The position numbers and the translations under genes are program-made. From the NCBI GenBank assembly GCA_964572875.1, contig CAZNGE010000003.1, forward strand, positions 12,377 through 76,376: a stretch of 64,000 nt of DNA, given 5' to 3'. The notes under the pieces are model-generated. The model saw only the letters and a list, made by a program, of their open reading frames with translations, had not been told where the DNA came from and did no database searches. Every line of letters starts with the position of its first letter. The stretch's first letter is position 1. This DNA is from an uncultured Methanosarcinales archaeon. GTDB lineage: Archaea > Nanobdellota > Nanobdellia > Woesearchaeales > UBA11576. Positions 37,708-45,345 of the stretch are shown piece by piece.

Positions 37708-38649
37708 ATGACAGTAGTAAGCGCAATGAAATTCAATGATAAAGAGGGAGCCATAATCGCTGATGAGCAGTCATCCACACAAATAAGGAAGTATGACATA
37801 GCGGAAAAGATATACTCGATAGAAAAAGATGACAGGATAGTGCTTTTCGGCGGTGCAGGAGCAGCAGATTTCCTTTTCAATGCAAAAAATGATATCGATG
37901 ACCTTGTCGGACGCAGGAAGTTCGACAGCGCCAAAGACATAGCAGGAGCGATAAGCCATGTAATGGCAGTGCTTCGGAAACAGCACATCGATTCATATCT
38001 AAGGGCAAACTACCATGTCAGCCTCATGGACCTCCAGAGAGGATTCAAGATAGATCCTGATGAAGGAGAGGTTAAGCTCGAGAAGGAATACAAGCAGAAC
38101 GTATGGAACATGCTCAACTTGAACAAAGGCCTGAATGAATTCGTAAGCGGCGGGTTCCTGATCCTCACCGCAGAGCAGAGCGGCATCAACATCTATGTCG
38201 CGTCTTCAGCAAGAGACAAGGTGATCCCCTGCGCAAGGCCCTACGAGTGCATCGGCTCAGGTAGCGACATGGCAGATGCAGAGCTCTCTGATTTCTTCGA
38301 CCATCTTCCACGCGAGGACAGGAAATCAGTGGATGATACCATGGGCATCGCACAGCTCCTTCACGCTACAGAGAGGGCAAGCAAGGTCAATATCGGTGTG
38401 GGGGGCACGCCTTACATAGTCGTCATAAAGGACAACAATATAATCACGCCGTCAGAGAACAACTCAAGACTTGCGAATGAGATGGTCAAGGTCTGGAAGA
38501 AAGGCTGCTTGGCTGAAGATTTCGTGATGAGCAGGCTGCATTCATTGATTTATGCTAACGCGAACTATGAGCAGATCAACAAGGAGATGTGGGACGCTTC
38601 CAAGGACCCTGAAAGGATGAACATGATGCTGAGAGGGTATAAGGTATAA
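37708..38649 (+). CDS. proteasome-beta/HslV-like N-terminal nucleophile hydrolase (divergent)
   Basis: ATG at 37708 after GGGGGGAG gives MTVVSAMKF..GAIIADEQ, with Thr right after Met. VLFGGAGAADFLF matches HslV GFAGGTADAF. CIGSGSDMADAEL matches the GSG(G/S) segment. It has a long internal insert and a C-terminal extension. Confidence 0.55.
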   Translation: MTVVSAMKFNDKEGAIIADEQSSTQIRKYDIAEKIYSIEKDDRIVLFGGAGAADFLFNAKNDIDDLVGRRKFDSAKDIAGAISHVMAVLRKQHIDSYLRANYHVSLMDLQRGFKIDPDEGEVKLEKEYKQNVWNMLNLNKGLNEFVSGGFLILTAEQSGINIYVASSARDKVIPCARPYECIGSGSDMADAELSDFFDHLPREDRKSVDDTMGIAQLLHATERASKVNIGVGGTPYIVVIKDNNIITPSENNSRLANEMVKVWKKGCLAEDFVMSRLHSLIYANANYEQINKEMWDASKDPERMNMMLRGYKV

Positions 38650-38654
38650 ACACC

Positions 38655-39089
38655 CTATTTTTTTCTCTTTTCCCAGTCTTCGACAGGGCCTTTGATTGTC
38701 CTGAACAACGGATGAGGCCTTGGAGACTTTATATTTGAAATCTTCCTGTACTTCTCCAAGCACCTTGACCTGAGCTTGGCCTTAAGATGATTGAATTCGT
38801 AAGCGAGCTGGCCGTCAGTGACTGTCATCTTCTTTGATTCCATTGCCTGTCCTATCTTCCTCCTGTCAAAACAGAAGCCTCTCCTGCATGACTCTTCCCA
38901 GACGCCGAGCAGATAAGAGCGCATTGATGCGACGTGATCCGGCTGTTCCCTGAATCTTATGAGCTGGGGATGCCCCCTGTATCCTCGCGTCTTCCCCTGC
39001 AACACCTTCTTCGCTAGGAGAGCCTCCCTCCATAAAGCAAGAAGACCCTTAGAATCAAGATATCCTGGATTGATGCTCCATAATCTCAT
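38655..39089 (-). CDS. pyrimidine dimer DNA glycosylase / endonuclease V-like
   Basis: MRLWSINPGYLDSKGLLALWREALLAKKVLQGKTRGYRGHPQLIRF matches the conserved N-terminus of this family. Confidence 0.65.
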   Translation of the reverse strand: MRLWSINPGYLDSKGLLALWREALLAKKVLQGKTRGYRGHPQLIRFREQPDHVASMRSYLLGVWEESCRRGFCFDRRKIGQAMESKKMTVTDGQLAYEFNHLKAKLRSRCLEKYRKISNIKSPRPHPLFRTIKGPVEDWEKRKK

Positions 39090-39096
39090 CTTTCAC

Positions 39097-39585
39097 CTAG
39101 CCAAAAAAAGACGCTATCAACATGCCTGCAAACTGGGTCGCTGCGATGACGACCAATGCGATTACGAGGTGCTCCCCGATTACCTTTGCAGGATTGGCCT
39201 TCTGGTGCCTGGCCATGCTGTAGCTGAATACGCCTAATGCGAGAAGTCCCCATGCGATGCTCACGATTATCGCTGTCGATAGACTGAAAAGCAGGATCGG
39301 GACAAGGAACGTCAACGCAAAAAGGAACTTGGATATGAATGTAGATATGGTCGACTGCCATATCTGCTTTGTCGAGTGCCTGTTCTCTGACTCCTCTGAC
39401 ATGTGTATGCCCAACGCGTCCGAGAAAGCGTCAGCGATCGCTATGGTCAGGATACCCCCTATCACCACCAGCCTGCTATGCGTCCCGGAGTTCAGCCCCA
39501 CCATCAAGCCTAACGTGGTGATGATGCCTGACGCCAGGCCAAAGCTGAATCCGACTTTTATCGAATGGTTCATCATTTCTGCCAT
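39097..39585 (-). CDS. VIT1/CCC1-family iron/manganese transporter, membrane domain
   Basis: ATG at 39585 (MAEMMNHS). GLASGIITTLGLMVG, AIADAFSDALG and the C-terminal helices fit the VIT family. The longer ORF-track start at 39813 overlaps the upstream gene. Confidence 0.7.
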   Translation of the reverse strand: MAEMMNHSIKVGFSFGLASGIITTLGLMVGLNSGTHSRLVVIGGILTIAIADAFSDALGIHMSEESENRHSTKQIWQSTISTFISKFLFALTFLVPILLFSLSTAIIVSIAWGLLALGVFSYSMARHQKANPAKVIGEHLVIALVVIAATQFAGMLIASFFG

Positions 39586-39590
39586 GATAC

Positions 39591-40034
39591 TCACGCAAGC
39601 AGATCCGTCAATGCCTTGAGCTTGCACTTGTGGTCGAGCTCCTTGTCGCCGATTATGCGGAAGAGGCGATTGACCTCCGGGAAAATAGAGTGCTCTGAGA
39701 TGTGATTGTAATACTCTATGTCCGCGTTTATCTCGTCGATAGCGACCTTGAGCAGTTCCTTGGCGCCTGCGACGTCCTTTATGCTCTTGGCAGTGCGCTC
39801 GTCGATCCGGCACTTGCTCACCTGGAACTTTATCGCGAGGCCGAACTTGACTATTGAATGCAGGTCCAGGCGCTTCATGGTCTCGATGTCTGTCTTGACA
39901 TCCTGCGCAAGCGACCTGAAGAAATCCCTCAGGATCTGGTCCTTTGCCTCGTTGCTGAAGCGGGTGTACATGTTGAAGGTCTCTTCCTCCCTCTTCAGGG
40001 CCTCGTACACAGCAGCACGCAAAGCAGCTATCAT
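39591..40034 (-). CDS. ferritin-like (CCC1 N-terminal-like) domain protein
   Basis: 147-aa helical protein whose stop lies 5 nt before the VIT gene. AAVYEALKREEETFNMY...FFRSLAQDVKTDIETMK...AIDEINADIEYYNHI fits a rubrerythrin/ferritin-like four-helix pattern. Confidence 0.5.
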   Translation of the reverse strand: MIAALRAAVYEALKREEETFNMYTRFSNEAKDQILRDFFRSLAQDVKTDIETMKRLDLHSIVKFGLAIKFQVSKCRIDERTAKSIKDVAGAKELLKVAIDEINADIEYYNHISEHSIFPEVNRLFRIIGDKELDHKCKLKALTDLLA

Positions 40035-40127
40035 CGGTTCACCTCTTATGGTTTAAAAAGGGGTTTTGTTTATAATTGTTTTGGTCAAAAGTAAACTATT
40101 TATACTCTAGACCACCACAAATTTCTT

Positions 40128-40484
40128 ATGGGAGATGGCACAGCAGATGAGACAGGAGACGAGACGATAGACGATCGCATGCATTACCAATCGAGGGAAT
40201 TCTGCAAGGATGTGAGATGTGCGGTGCAGGTGGAGTTAGATAGGCTCAGTGATCTCAATAAAGCAGGGACTGTGTACGAGTCAATAAGATCCCTCTGCAA
40301 GAGCAACTGCAGATATACAAAAGAGGATTTCAGACGCTGGCTGGAATCGCAGGGGTACAGGCTGGAGACTGCTGATGGAAGAGATGCGTCACTCACAGGA
40401 GATGGTGGACATGGCAAGATGACTGCGTATGAATTCCATGACCAGCTGATCAAGAATGGAATAGATATTGTGAGAGACAAGTGA
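40128..40484 (+). CDS. hypothetical protein
   Basis: 118-aa ORF with an acidic N-terminus and several Cys. No family recognised. Confidence 0.5.
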   Translation: MGDGTADETGDETIDDRMHYQSREFCKDVRCAVQVELDRLSDLNKAGTVYESIRSLCKSNCRYTKEDFRRWLESQGYRLETADGRDASLTGDGGHGKMTAYEFHDQLIKNGIDIVRDK

Positions 40485-40513
40485 GTCTGTTTTCTTCATA
40501 GAGCTTCAGAAAC

Positions 40514-40523
40514 CTTTAAAAAT
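40514..40523 (+). promoter_or_regulatory. TATA box for tRNA-Tyr
   Basis: CTTTAAAAAT ends about 25 nt before tRNA position 1 at 40548. Confidence 0.5.
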
Positions 40524-40547
40524 CACCTATATCTTCTAGCCCCTTAT

Positions 40548-40709
40548 CCCTGCGTAGCTCAATGGCTAGAGCGTTCGGCTGTAGGTAAACAGCCCCCGTA
40601 GACAAGGCATATGGCCCTGAAGGAAAACGGGACAGCGGATACCGAAAGGTTGCTGGTTCAAAACAACAAACAGAGAAACCTGATTGTTGTGGAAGTCCGG
40701 CCGCAGGGA
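40548..40709 (+). tRNA. tRNA-Tyr(GTA) with two introns (anticodon loop 56 nt, T-loop 33 nt)
   Basis: CCCTGCG-TA-GCTC-AATGGCTA-GAGC-G-TTCGG-CTGTAG[56]A-CCGAA-AGGTT-GCTGG-TTCAA[33]GT-CCGGC-CGCAGGG-A. The exons sum to 73 nt. The C1-G72 pair is the archaeal/eukaryal tRNA-Tyr identity pair. A T-run follows. Confidence 0.8.
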
Positions 40710-40747
40710 TTCTATTTTATTTTTTATTTCATCTTCGGGGTGATTTC

Positions 40748-41113
40748 ATGGCAGAACAGAGCAGGGCATTGAAGGAGTATCAGGAATTGTGCAGGCTGAC
40801 TGCTAAGAGGTTCGATACTGCTGAGAAAGAGATCCTTACGTGGGGGCTCGGCATCTCAGGTGAGGCAGGGGATGTAGCTAGCTGCATAAAGAAGACATTC
40901 GCGCACGACAATGACCAGAAACAGGGCATCAGGGAGAACATAGGAGACACCCTGTGGTATGCCGCTATGATCTGCAACTTCTTCGGCTGGGACATGCATG
41001 AGGTGCTGGAAGAGAACATAACCAAGCTCAGGAAACGCTTCCCGGATGGCTTCACGATAAATGACGCTAAAAGGAACGGGACGATGAAGGACTGGAACGA
41101 GGATAGCAGATAG
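40748..41113 (+). CDS. MazG-like nucleoside triphosphate pyrophosphohydrolase
   Basis: WGLGISGEAGDVASCIKK...ENIGDTLWYAAMICNFFGWDMHEVLEENITKLRKRFP matches the small MazG-domain pattern (E-x-x-E, D-x-x-W). Confidence 0.7.
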   Translation: MAEQSRALKEYQELCRLTAKRFDTAEKEILTWGLGISGEAGDVASCIKKTFAHDNDQKQGIRENIGDTLWYAAMICNFFGWDMHEVLEENITKLRKRFPDGFTINDAKRNGTMKDWNEDSR

Positions 41114-41175
41114 GCCAGCAGCTATGTACCTTATTTATAAATTGCTTATATATTACTATTTATATAAAGGAAAGC

Positions 41176-41186
41176 TTTTTAAATAC
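41176..41186 (+). promoter_or_regulatory. TATA box upstream of hairpin and tRNA-Asp
   Basis: TTTTTAAATAC. A transcript starting about 25 nt downstream would begin at the foot of the 41203-41285 hairpin. Confidence 0.45.
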
Positions 41187-41202
41187 AAAAAAAATCGGCA
41201 GA

Positions 41203-41285
41203 CTATGGCCGTTAAACCTTTCTACAGCGTTTTAGCTTAAAATGATAGAGACCACACGCTATAGAAGGCTTTATGGCGTTTATAG
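41203..41285 (+). ncRNA. candidate structured RNA or 5' leader hairpin (unclassified)
   Basis: Imperfect long inverted repeat: CTATGGCCGTTAAACCTTTCTACAGCGT (41203-41230) against ACGCTATAGAAGGCTTTATGGCGTTTATAG (41256-41285), with a 25-nt loop. Confidence 0.3.
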
Positions 41286-41295
41286 GCAAAAAGAG

Positions 41296-41445
41296 GCCCT
41301 GGTAGTGTAGTGGCCTATCATGAAGCCCTGTCGAGGCAGCCAAAATGACTTTAACGGTCAATATGCTGTCGCATAAAGGCTTCGACCCGGGTTCGACATT
41401 CCAAGCTTCGTAAGTCGCTTAGAAACGGAAATCCCGGCCAGGGCG
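41296..41445 (+). tRNA. tRNA-Asp(GTC) with two introns (anticodon loop 43 nt, T-loop 34 nt)
   Basis: GCCCTGG-TA-GTGT-AGTGGCCTA-TCAT-G-AAGCC-CTGTC..[43]..A-GGCTT-CGAC-CCGGG-TTCGA[34]AT-CCCGG-CCAGGGC-G. The exons sum to 73 nt. The GGTGTAGTGGCC.ATCAT D-arm is typical of archaeal tRNA-Asp. Confidence 0.8.
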
Positions 41446-41458
41446 TCTGTTTTTTTTG
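41446..41458 (+). terminator. oligo-T terminator after tRNA-Asp
   Basis: TCTGTTTTTTTTG follows the discriminator base directly. Confidence 0.5.
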
Positions 41459-41485
41459 CGTTTCAGTCCAAAAAACGCATCAATC

Positions 41486-41627
41486 AGGCCGGTAGCTCAG
41501 CCTGGAGGGATAAAACTATTTATCCGGGCAATAGAGCACTCGACTTTTAACCGAAAAGAGCGGAAAGCGATCGAGTGGTCGCGGGTTCGAAACAGCCGAT
41601 CCGGCTGCGCAAGTCCCGTCCGGCCTA
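41486..41627 (+). tRNA. tRNA-Lys(TTT) with three introns (D-loop ~25 nt, anticodon loop 20 nt, T-loop 22 nt)
   Basis: AGGCCGG-TA-GCTC-AGCCTGGA[~25]..A-GAGC-A-CTCGA-CTTTTA[20]A-TCGAG-TGGTC-GCGGG-TTCGA[22]GT-CCCGT-CCGGCCT-A. The exons sum to about 75 nt. Confidence 0.75.
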
Positions 41628-41684
41628 TTGTGGTCAGAAACAATAAAAATCCCAACCGCAGCAAGCTATGGGGTATTTTTAAGC

Positions 41685-41740
41685 ATCCAATCGGGTGTAA
41701 ATAACCGCACCAAGGTGCGGGGTATGCAACCCAATTGGAT
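41685..41740 (+). promoter_or_regulatory. compound hairpin in the rpoH 5' leader
   Basis: ATCCAATCGGG (41685-41695) pairs with CCCAATTGGAT (41730-41740) at 10 of 11 positions. It encloses the inner hairpin CCGCAC-CAAG-GTGCGG (41705-41720) and ends 19 nt before the rpoH ATG. Confidence 0.4.
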
Positions 41741-41759
41741 CAATCAAAGGTGGAGCCCA

Positions 41760-41999
41760 ATGGCAAAAAAAGAAGCCATAAAACATGTCCTCATCCCGAA
41801 ACATAAGAAGGTCTCTGAAAAGGAGAAGAAAGACGTTCTAGATAAGTATGGCATAACACTCAATGAGCTGCCTGCCATCCACAAGTCAGACCCTGCACTC
41901 GTAGATATTGACGTGGAGCCGGGCGACGTAATAAAGATAGAGAGGGACTCGCCTACAGCAGGCAAGACCGTATTCTACAGGGGTGTCACAGGTGAGTAA
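41760..41999 (+). CDS. rpoH: DNA-directed RNA polymerase subunit H (Rpo5)
   Basis: ATG at 41760 after AAAGGTGGAG. 79 aa. HVLIPKHKKVSEKEKKDVLDKYGITLNELPAIHKSDPA...GDVIKIERDSPTAG..VFYRGV matches RpoH. It sits first in the rpo operon. Confidence 0.9.
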   Translation: MAKKEAIKHVLIPKHKKVSEKEKKDVLDKYGITLNELPAIHKSDPALVDIDVEPGDVIKIERDSPTAGKTVFYRGVTGE

Positions 42000-43491
42000 G
42001 AAGATAAGCTCAGACAGTTCGAACCTGCTAGTGCAGAAGTTCTTCGAAGGAACAAGCCTTGTCGACTCAGACATCGCATCATTCAACGATTTCGTCGATC
42101 ACCAGCTCCAGAGGGTCGTCGACGCGAACAAGGCCATAGAGCCTACCATCATCCCTCACAATGTAGAGGAGTTCAAGATAAAGTTCGACCGCATCTGGGT
42201 CGAGAAGCCACAGATGACAGAGGCGGACGGCAGCAAGAGGAACATATTCCCTATCGAGGCAAGGCTCAGGAAGATAAGCTACGCCGCGCCATGCTTCATA
42301 GAGGTCAGCGCGCACATCAATGGCGTGCAGCGCGAATCATTCACCACCCAGGTCGGATCCATGCCGGTCATGCTCAAGTCCAAGTACTGCCACCTGAACA
42401 AGCTCTCCAAGGAGGAGCTGGTGGCTCACGGCGAGGACCCGAATGACCTCGGAGGATACTTCATAATCAACGGCACGGAGAAGGTGCTGATCAGCGTCGA
42501 GGATCTCGCGGCCAACAGGCTTCTCGTAGAGAAGGCCAGCATCGGCGTGTCAGAGTACATCGGCAAGATGTTCTCGGAGGGCGCATCTTTCAAGATACCA
42601 CACACGTTCGAGAAGCTCAAGGACGGGATGTTCTACCTCTCGTTCACGAGGGTGAAGAGGATACCCCTCATCGTGGTAATAAAGGCCCTCGGCCTGACAA
42701 AGGACGAGGACATCATGACATTCATATCAAAGGAGAGGCAGTTCGACTCTGTGCTCGTGAACCTGTTCGAGTTCGCGGACATAAAGACAGAGGAGGACGC
42801 GCTCGACTTCATAGCCAAGAAGACCGGCATAACCCAGGCTAAGGAGGTCAGGATAGAGAGGATGCAGGAGATCATAGACAGATACCTGCTTCCGCATCTC
42901 GGCACGACCCCTAAGGACAGGATCTTCAAGGCATACAACCTGTGCAAGCTGCTGAAGAAGTTCATACTGGTCTCGACAGGCGAGCTCCCGGTCGACGACA
43001 AGGACCACTACGCGAACAAGAGGCTCAAGCTCTCAGGCGACCTGCTTGCAGACCTCTTCACGGTCAATCTCAAGGTCCTGATAAACGACCTCCTGTACAA
43101 TTTCCAGAGGATAGTCAAGAGGGGGAAGTTCCCCTCGATAAAGGTGATAATCAGGGACAAGCTCCTCACGCAGAGGATATACTCCTCCATGGCTACCGGC
43201 TCATGGGTCGGCGGAAGGAAGGGAATATCCCAGAGGATGGACCGGGCAAACTTCATAGCCGCGATGTCACACCTGCAGAGGGTGGTGTCGCCGCTGAGCG
43301 CGAGCCAGGAGAACTTCGAGGCCAGGGAGCTCCACCCGACGCACGCCGGAAGGCTCTGCTGCATGGAGACCCCTGAAGGAACGAACATAGGGCTCAGGAA
43401 GAACCTGGCCATGCTGTCGAGGGTGTCGCTAGAGACGCCTGAGGACGAGCTGGTCAAGTGCATGAAGAACCTGGGGCTCAAAACACTCTGA
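41983..43491 (+). CDS. rpoB2: DNA-directed RNA polymerase subunit B'' (N-terminal half of Rpo2)
   Basis: GTG start overlapping the rpoH stop. 502 aa. The conserved N-terminal beta-subunit blocks are present (GGYFIINGTEKVLIS, ELHPTHAGRLCCMETPEGTNIGL). Confidence 0.95.
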   Translation: MSQVSKKISSDSSNLLVQKFFEGTSLVDSDIASFNDFVDHQLQRVVDANKAIEPTIIPHNVEEFKIKFDRIWVEKPQMTEADGSKRNIFPIEARLRKISYAAPCFIEVSAHINGVQRESFTTQVGSMPVMLKSKYCHLNKLSKEELVAHGEDPNDLGGYFIINGTEKVLISVEDLAANRLLVEKASIGVSEYIGKMFSEGASFKIPHTFEKLKDGMFYLSFTRVKRIPLIVVIKALGLTKDEDIMTFISKERQFDSVLVNLFEFADIKTEEDALDFIAKKTGITQAKEVRIERMQEIIDRYLLPHLGTTPKDRIFKAYNLCKLLKKFILVSTGELPVDDKDHYANKRLKLSGDLLADLFTVNLKVLINDLLYNFQRIVKRGKFPSIKVIIRDKLLTQRIYSSMATGSWVGGRKGISQRMDRANFIAAMSHLQRVVSPLSASQENFEARELHPTHAGRLCCMETPEGTNIGLRKNLAMLSRVSLETPEDELVKCMKNLGLKTL

Positions 43492-43503
43492 TGGTGAAAC
43501 AAG

Positions 43504-45306
43504 ATGACTGAAGTCTTCGTCAACAGCAAATTCAAGGGAGATGTAGATGACCCTGTAAAGTTCGTCTCTTCTTTCGTAGATGAGAGGAGGAAAGGGAATG
43601 TCCCCCTCAACGCGAACGTGGTGTACGACGAGGAGTCAGACACGGTCTTTGTCGACGGCACCAAAGGCAGGGTATTGAGACCGCTCATCGTGGTGAAGAA
43701 CGGCAAGTCCACGCTCACAGAGAAGCACGTGCAGCAGCTCCAGAAGGGTGAGATAACCTGGAATGACCTCCTCAAGCAGGGCGTGGTCGAGTACCTCGAC
43801 GCCGCAGAGGAGGAGAACACGCTCATCGCATTCTTCGAGCAGGACCTGACCCCTGACCACACCCACCTGGACATACACCCGGTATCGCTCATAGGAATGA
43901 CCACATCGCTCGTCCCTTTCGGCAACTACAGCCATGCAGTGAGGGTCTCTGTAGGCGGAAAGAACCAGAAGCAGGCGATAGGATTCTATGCTTCGAACTT
44001 CGCGGTCAGGATGGACATGGACATAAACATACTCCACACGCCGCAGATGTCGATAGTCACGAGCCTCATGCACGAGATATCCGACTACAGGGAGCATCCC
44101 GCCGGCCAGAACGTGGTCGTGGCGATAATGAGCTATATGGGATACAACATAGAGGACGCAATCATACTCAACAAGGGATCAGTAGACAGGGGGCTCGGCA
44201 GGAGCTCATACTTCAGGCCTGCTGTCGCAGAGGAGCTGCGCTACGCAGGAGGCCTCACAGACGAGATATGCATCCCTGACAAGGACATCAAGGGATACAA
44301 GTCAGAGGTCGACTACAGGTACCTCGAGGAAGAGGGGATAATATACCCTGAAGCCAAGGTCGGCGAAGGCGACGTGATAATCGGCAAGACATCCCCTCCA
44401 AGGTTCCTCAGCTCGCTCGACGAGTACAACCTCGCGTCCAACATACGCAGGGAGAGCTCGGTCGCGCTCAAGCACGGCGAAGAGGGAGTCGTGGATTTCG
44501 TCATGATAACAGAGAACGGAGAGGGCAACAAGCTCGTCCAGGTGAGGCTCAGGGACCTCAGGATACCTGAGATAGGCGACAAGTTCACCTCAAGACACGG
44601 CCAGAAGGGTGTGATCGGGACGCTGGTCCCGCAGACAGACATGCCATTCTCAGCGTCGGGCATAGTCCCTGACATCATATTCAGCCCTCACGGAGTCCCG
44701 TCAAGGATGACAATCTCCCATCTGATAGAGCTCGTCGGAGCAAAGGTCGGCGCTCTCGCGGGGAGGTTCGTCGAAGGGACGACCTTCGCAGCAGAGTCAG
44801 AGGCTGACCTCAGGAAAGAGCTCAAGAAGCTCGGGTTCAGGGAGAACGGCACAGAGACCATGTACAACGGCCAGACAGGCGAGCAGTTGCCCGCGAGGAT
44901 ATACGTCGGCAACATGTACTACCTCAAGCTCAAGCACATGGTGTCCAACAAGCTGCACAGCAGGGCAAGAGGACCTATCCAGCTTCTCACCCGCCAGCCC
45001 ACAGAAGGAAGGGCAAAGGAAGGCGGACTCAGGCTCGGAGAGATGGAGAAGGACACGTTCGTCGCGCACGGGGCGTCGCTGCTGCTCAAGGAGAGGTTCG
45101 ACTCCGACAGGACCCTGGTGCCGGTCTGCGAGAGCTGCGGCATAATCGCGATATTCAACGAGTTCAAGAACAAGACATATTGCCCTATATGCGGCGAGAA
45201 CGTAGAGATAAGCAATGTCGAGATATCATACGCGTTCAAGCTCATGCTCGACGAGTTCAAGTCACTCGGCATCTACCCGAGGATGATGCTGGAGAGCAAG
45301 TATTGA
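43504..45306 (+). CDS. rpoB1: DNA-directed RNA polymerase subunit B' (C-terminal half of Rpo2)
   Basis: 600 aa with FTSRHGQKGV, MPFSASGIVPDIIFSPHGVPSRMT, GGLRLGEMEKD and a C-terminal Zn ribbon CESCG...CPICG. Confidence 0.95.
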   Translation: MTEVFVNSKFKGDVDDPVKFVSSFVDERRKGNVPLNANVVYDEESDTVFVDGTKGRVLRPLIVVKNGKSTLTEKHVQQLQKGEITWNDLLKQGVVEYLDAAEEENTLIAFFEQDLTPDHTHLDIHPVSLIGMTTSLVPFGNYSHAVRVSVGGKNQKQAIGFYASNFAVRMDMDINILHTPQMSIVTSLMHEISDYREHPAGQNVVVAIMSYMGYNIEDAIILNKGSVDRGLGRSSYFRPAVAEELRYAGGLTDEICIPDKDIKGYKSEVDYRYLEEEGIIYPEAKVGEGDVIIGKTSPPRFLSSLDEYNLASNIRRESSVALKHGEEGVVDFVMITENGEGNKLVQVRLRDLRIPEIGDKFTSRHGQKGVIGTLVPQTDMPFSASGIVPDIIFSPHGVPSRMTISHLIELVGAKVGALAGRFVEGTTFAAESEADLRKELKKLGFRENGTETMYNGQTGEQLPARIYVGNMYYLKLKHMVSNKLHSRARGPIQLLTRQPTEGRAKEGGLRLGEMEKDTFVAHGASLLLKERFDSDRTLVPVCESCGIIAIFNEFKNKTYCPICGENVEISNVEISYAFKLMLDEFKSLGIYPRMMLESKY

Positions 45307-45345
45307 TATCATAAGACACTGTAATGATCCACAGGTGAAACGAAA

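Noticed and set aside
39586-39813. N-terminal extension of the VIT ORF (39097..39813)
   Set aside because: It is an Arg/Gln-rich out-of-frame overlap with the ferritin-like gene. The VIT family sequence begins at MAEMMNHS (39585).
35563-41700. Integrated mobile element or genomic island bounded by tRNA genes
   Set aside because: No integrase, transposase, terminal direct repeats or tRNA-fragment duplication is visible. Only the gene content is suggestive.
41456-41704. 82-aa plus-strand ORF in the track (also the N-terminal part of ORF 41628..41999)
   Set aside because: It runs straight across tRNA-Lys (41486-41627) and the rpoH leader hairpin. The real rpoH start is the ATG at 41760, which has an RBS.
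43008-43925. 305-aa minus-strand ORF antisense to rpoB''/rpoB'
   Set aside because: It is a shadow ORF with Ser/Leu-rich low complexity that spans the junction of two well-supported genes.
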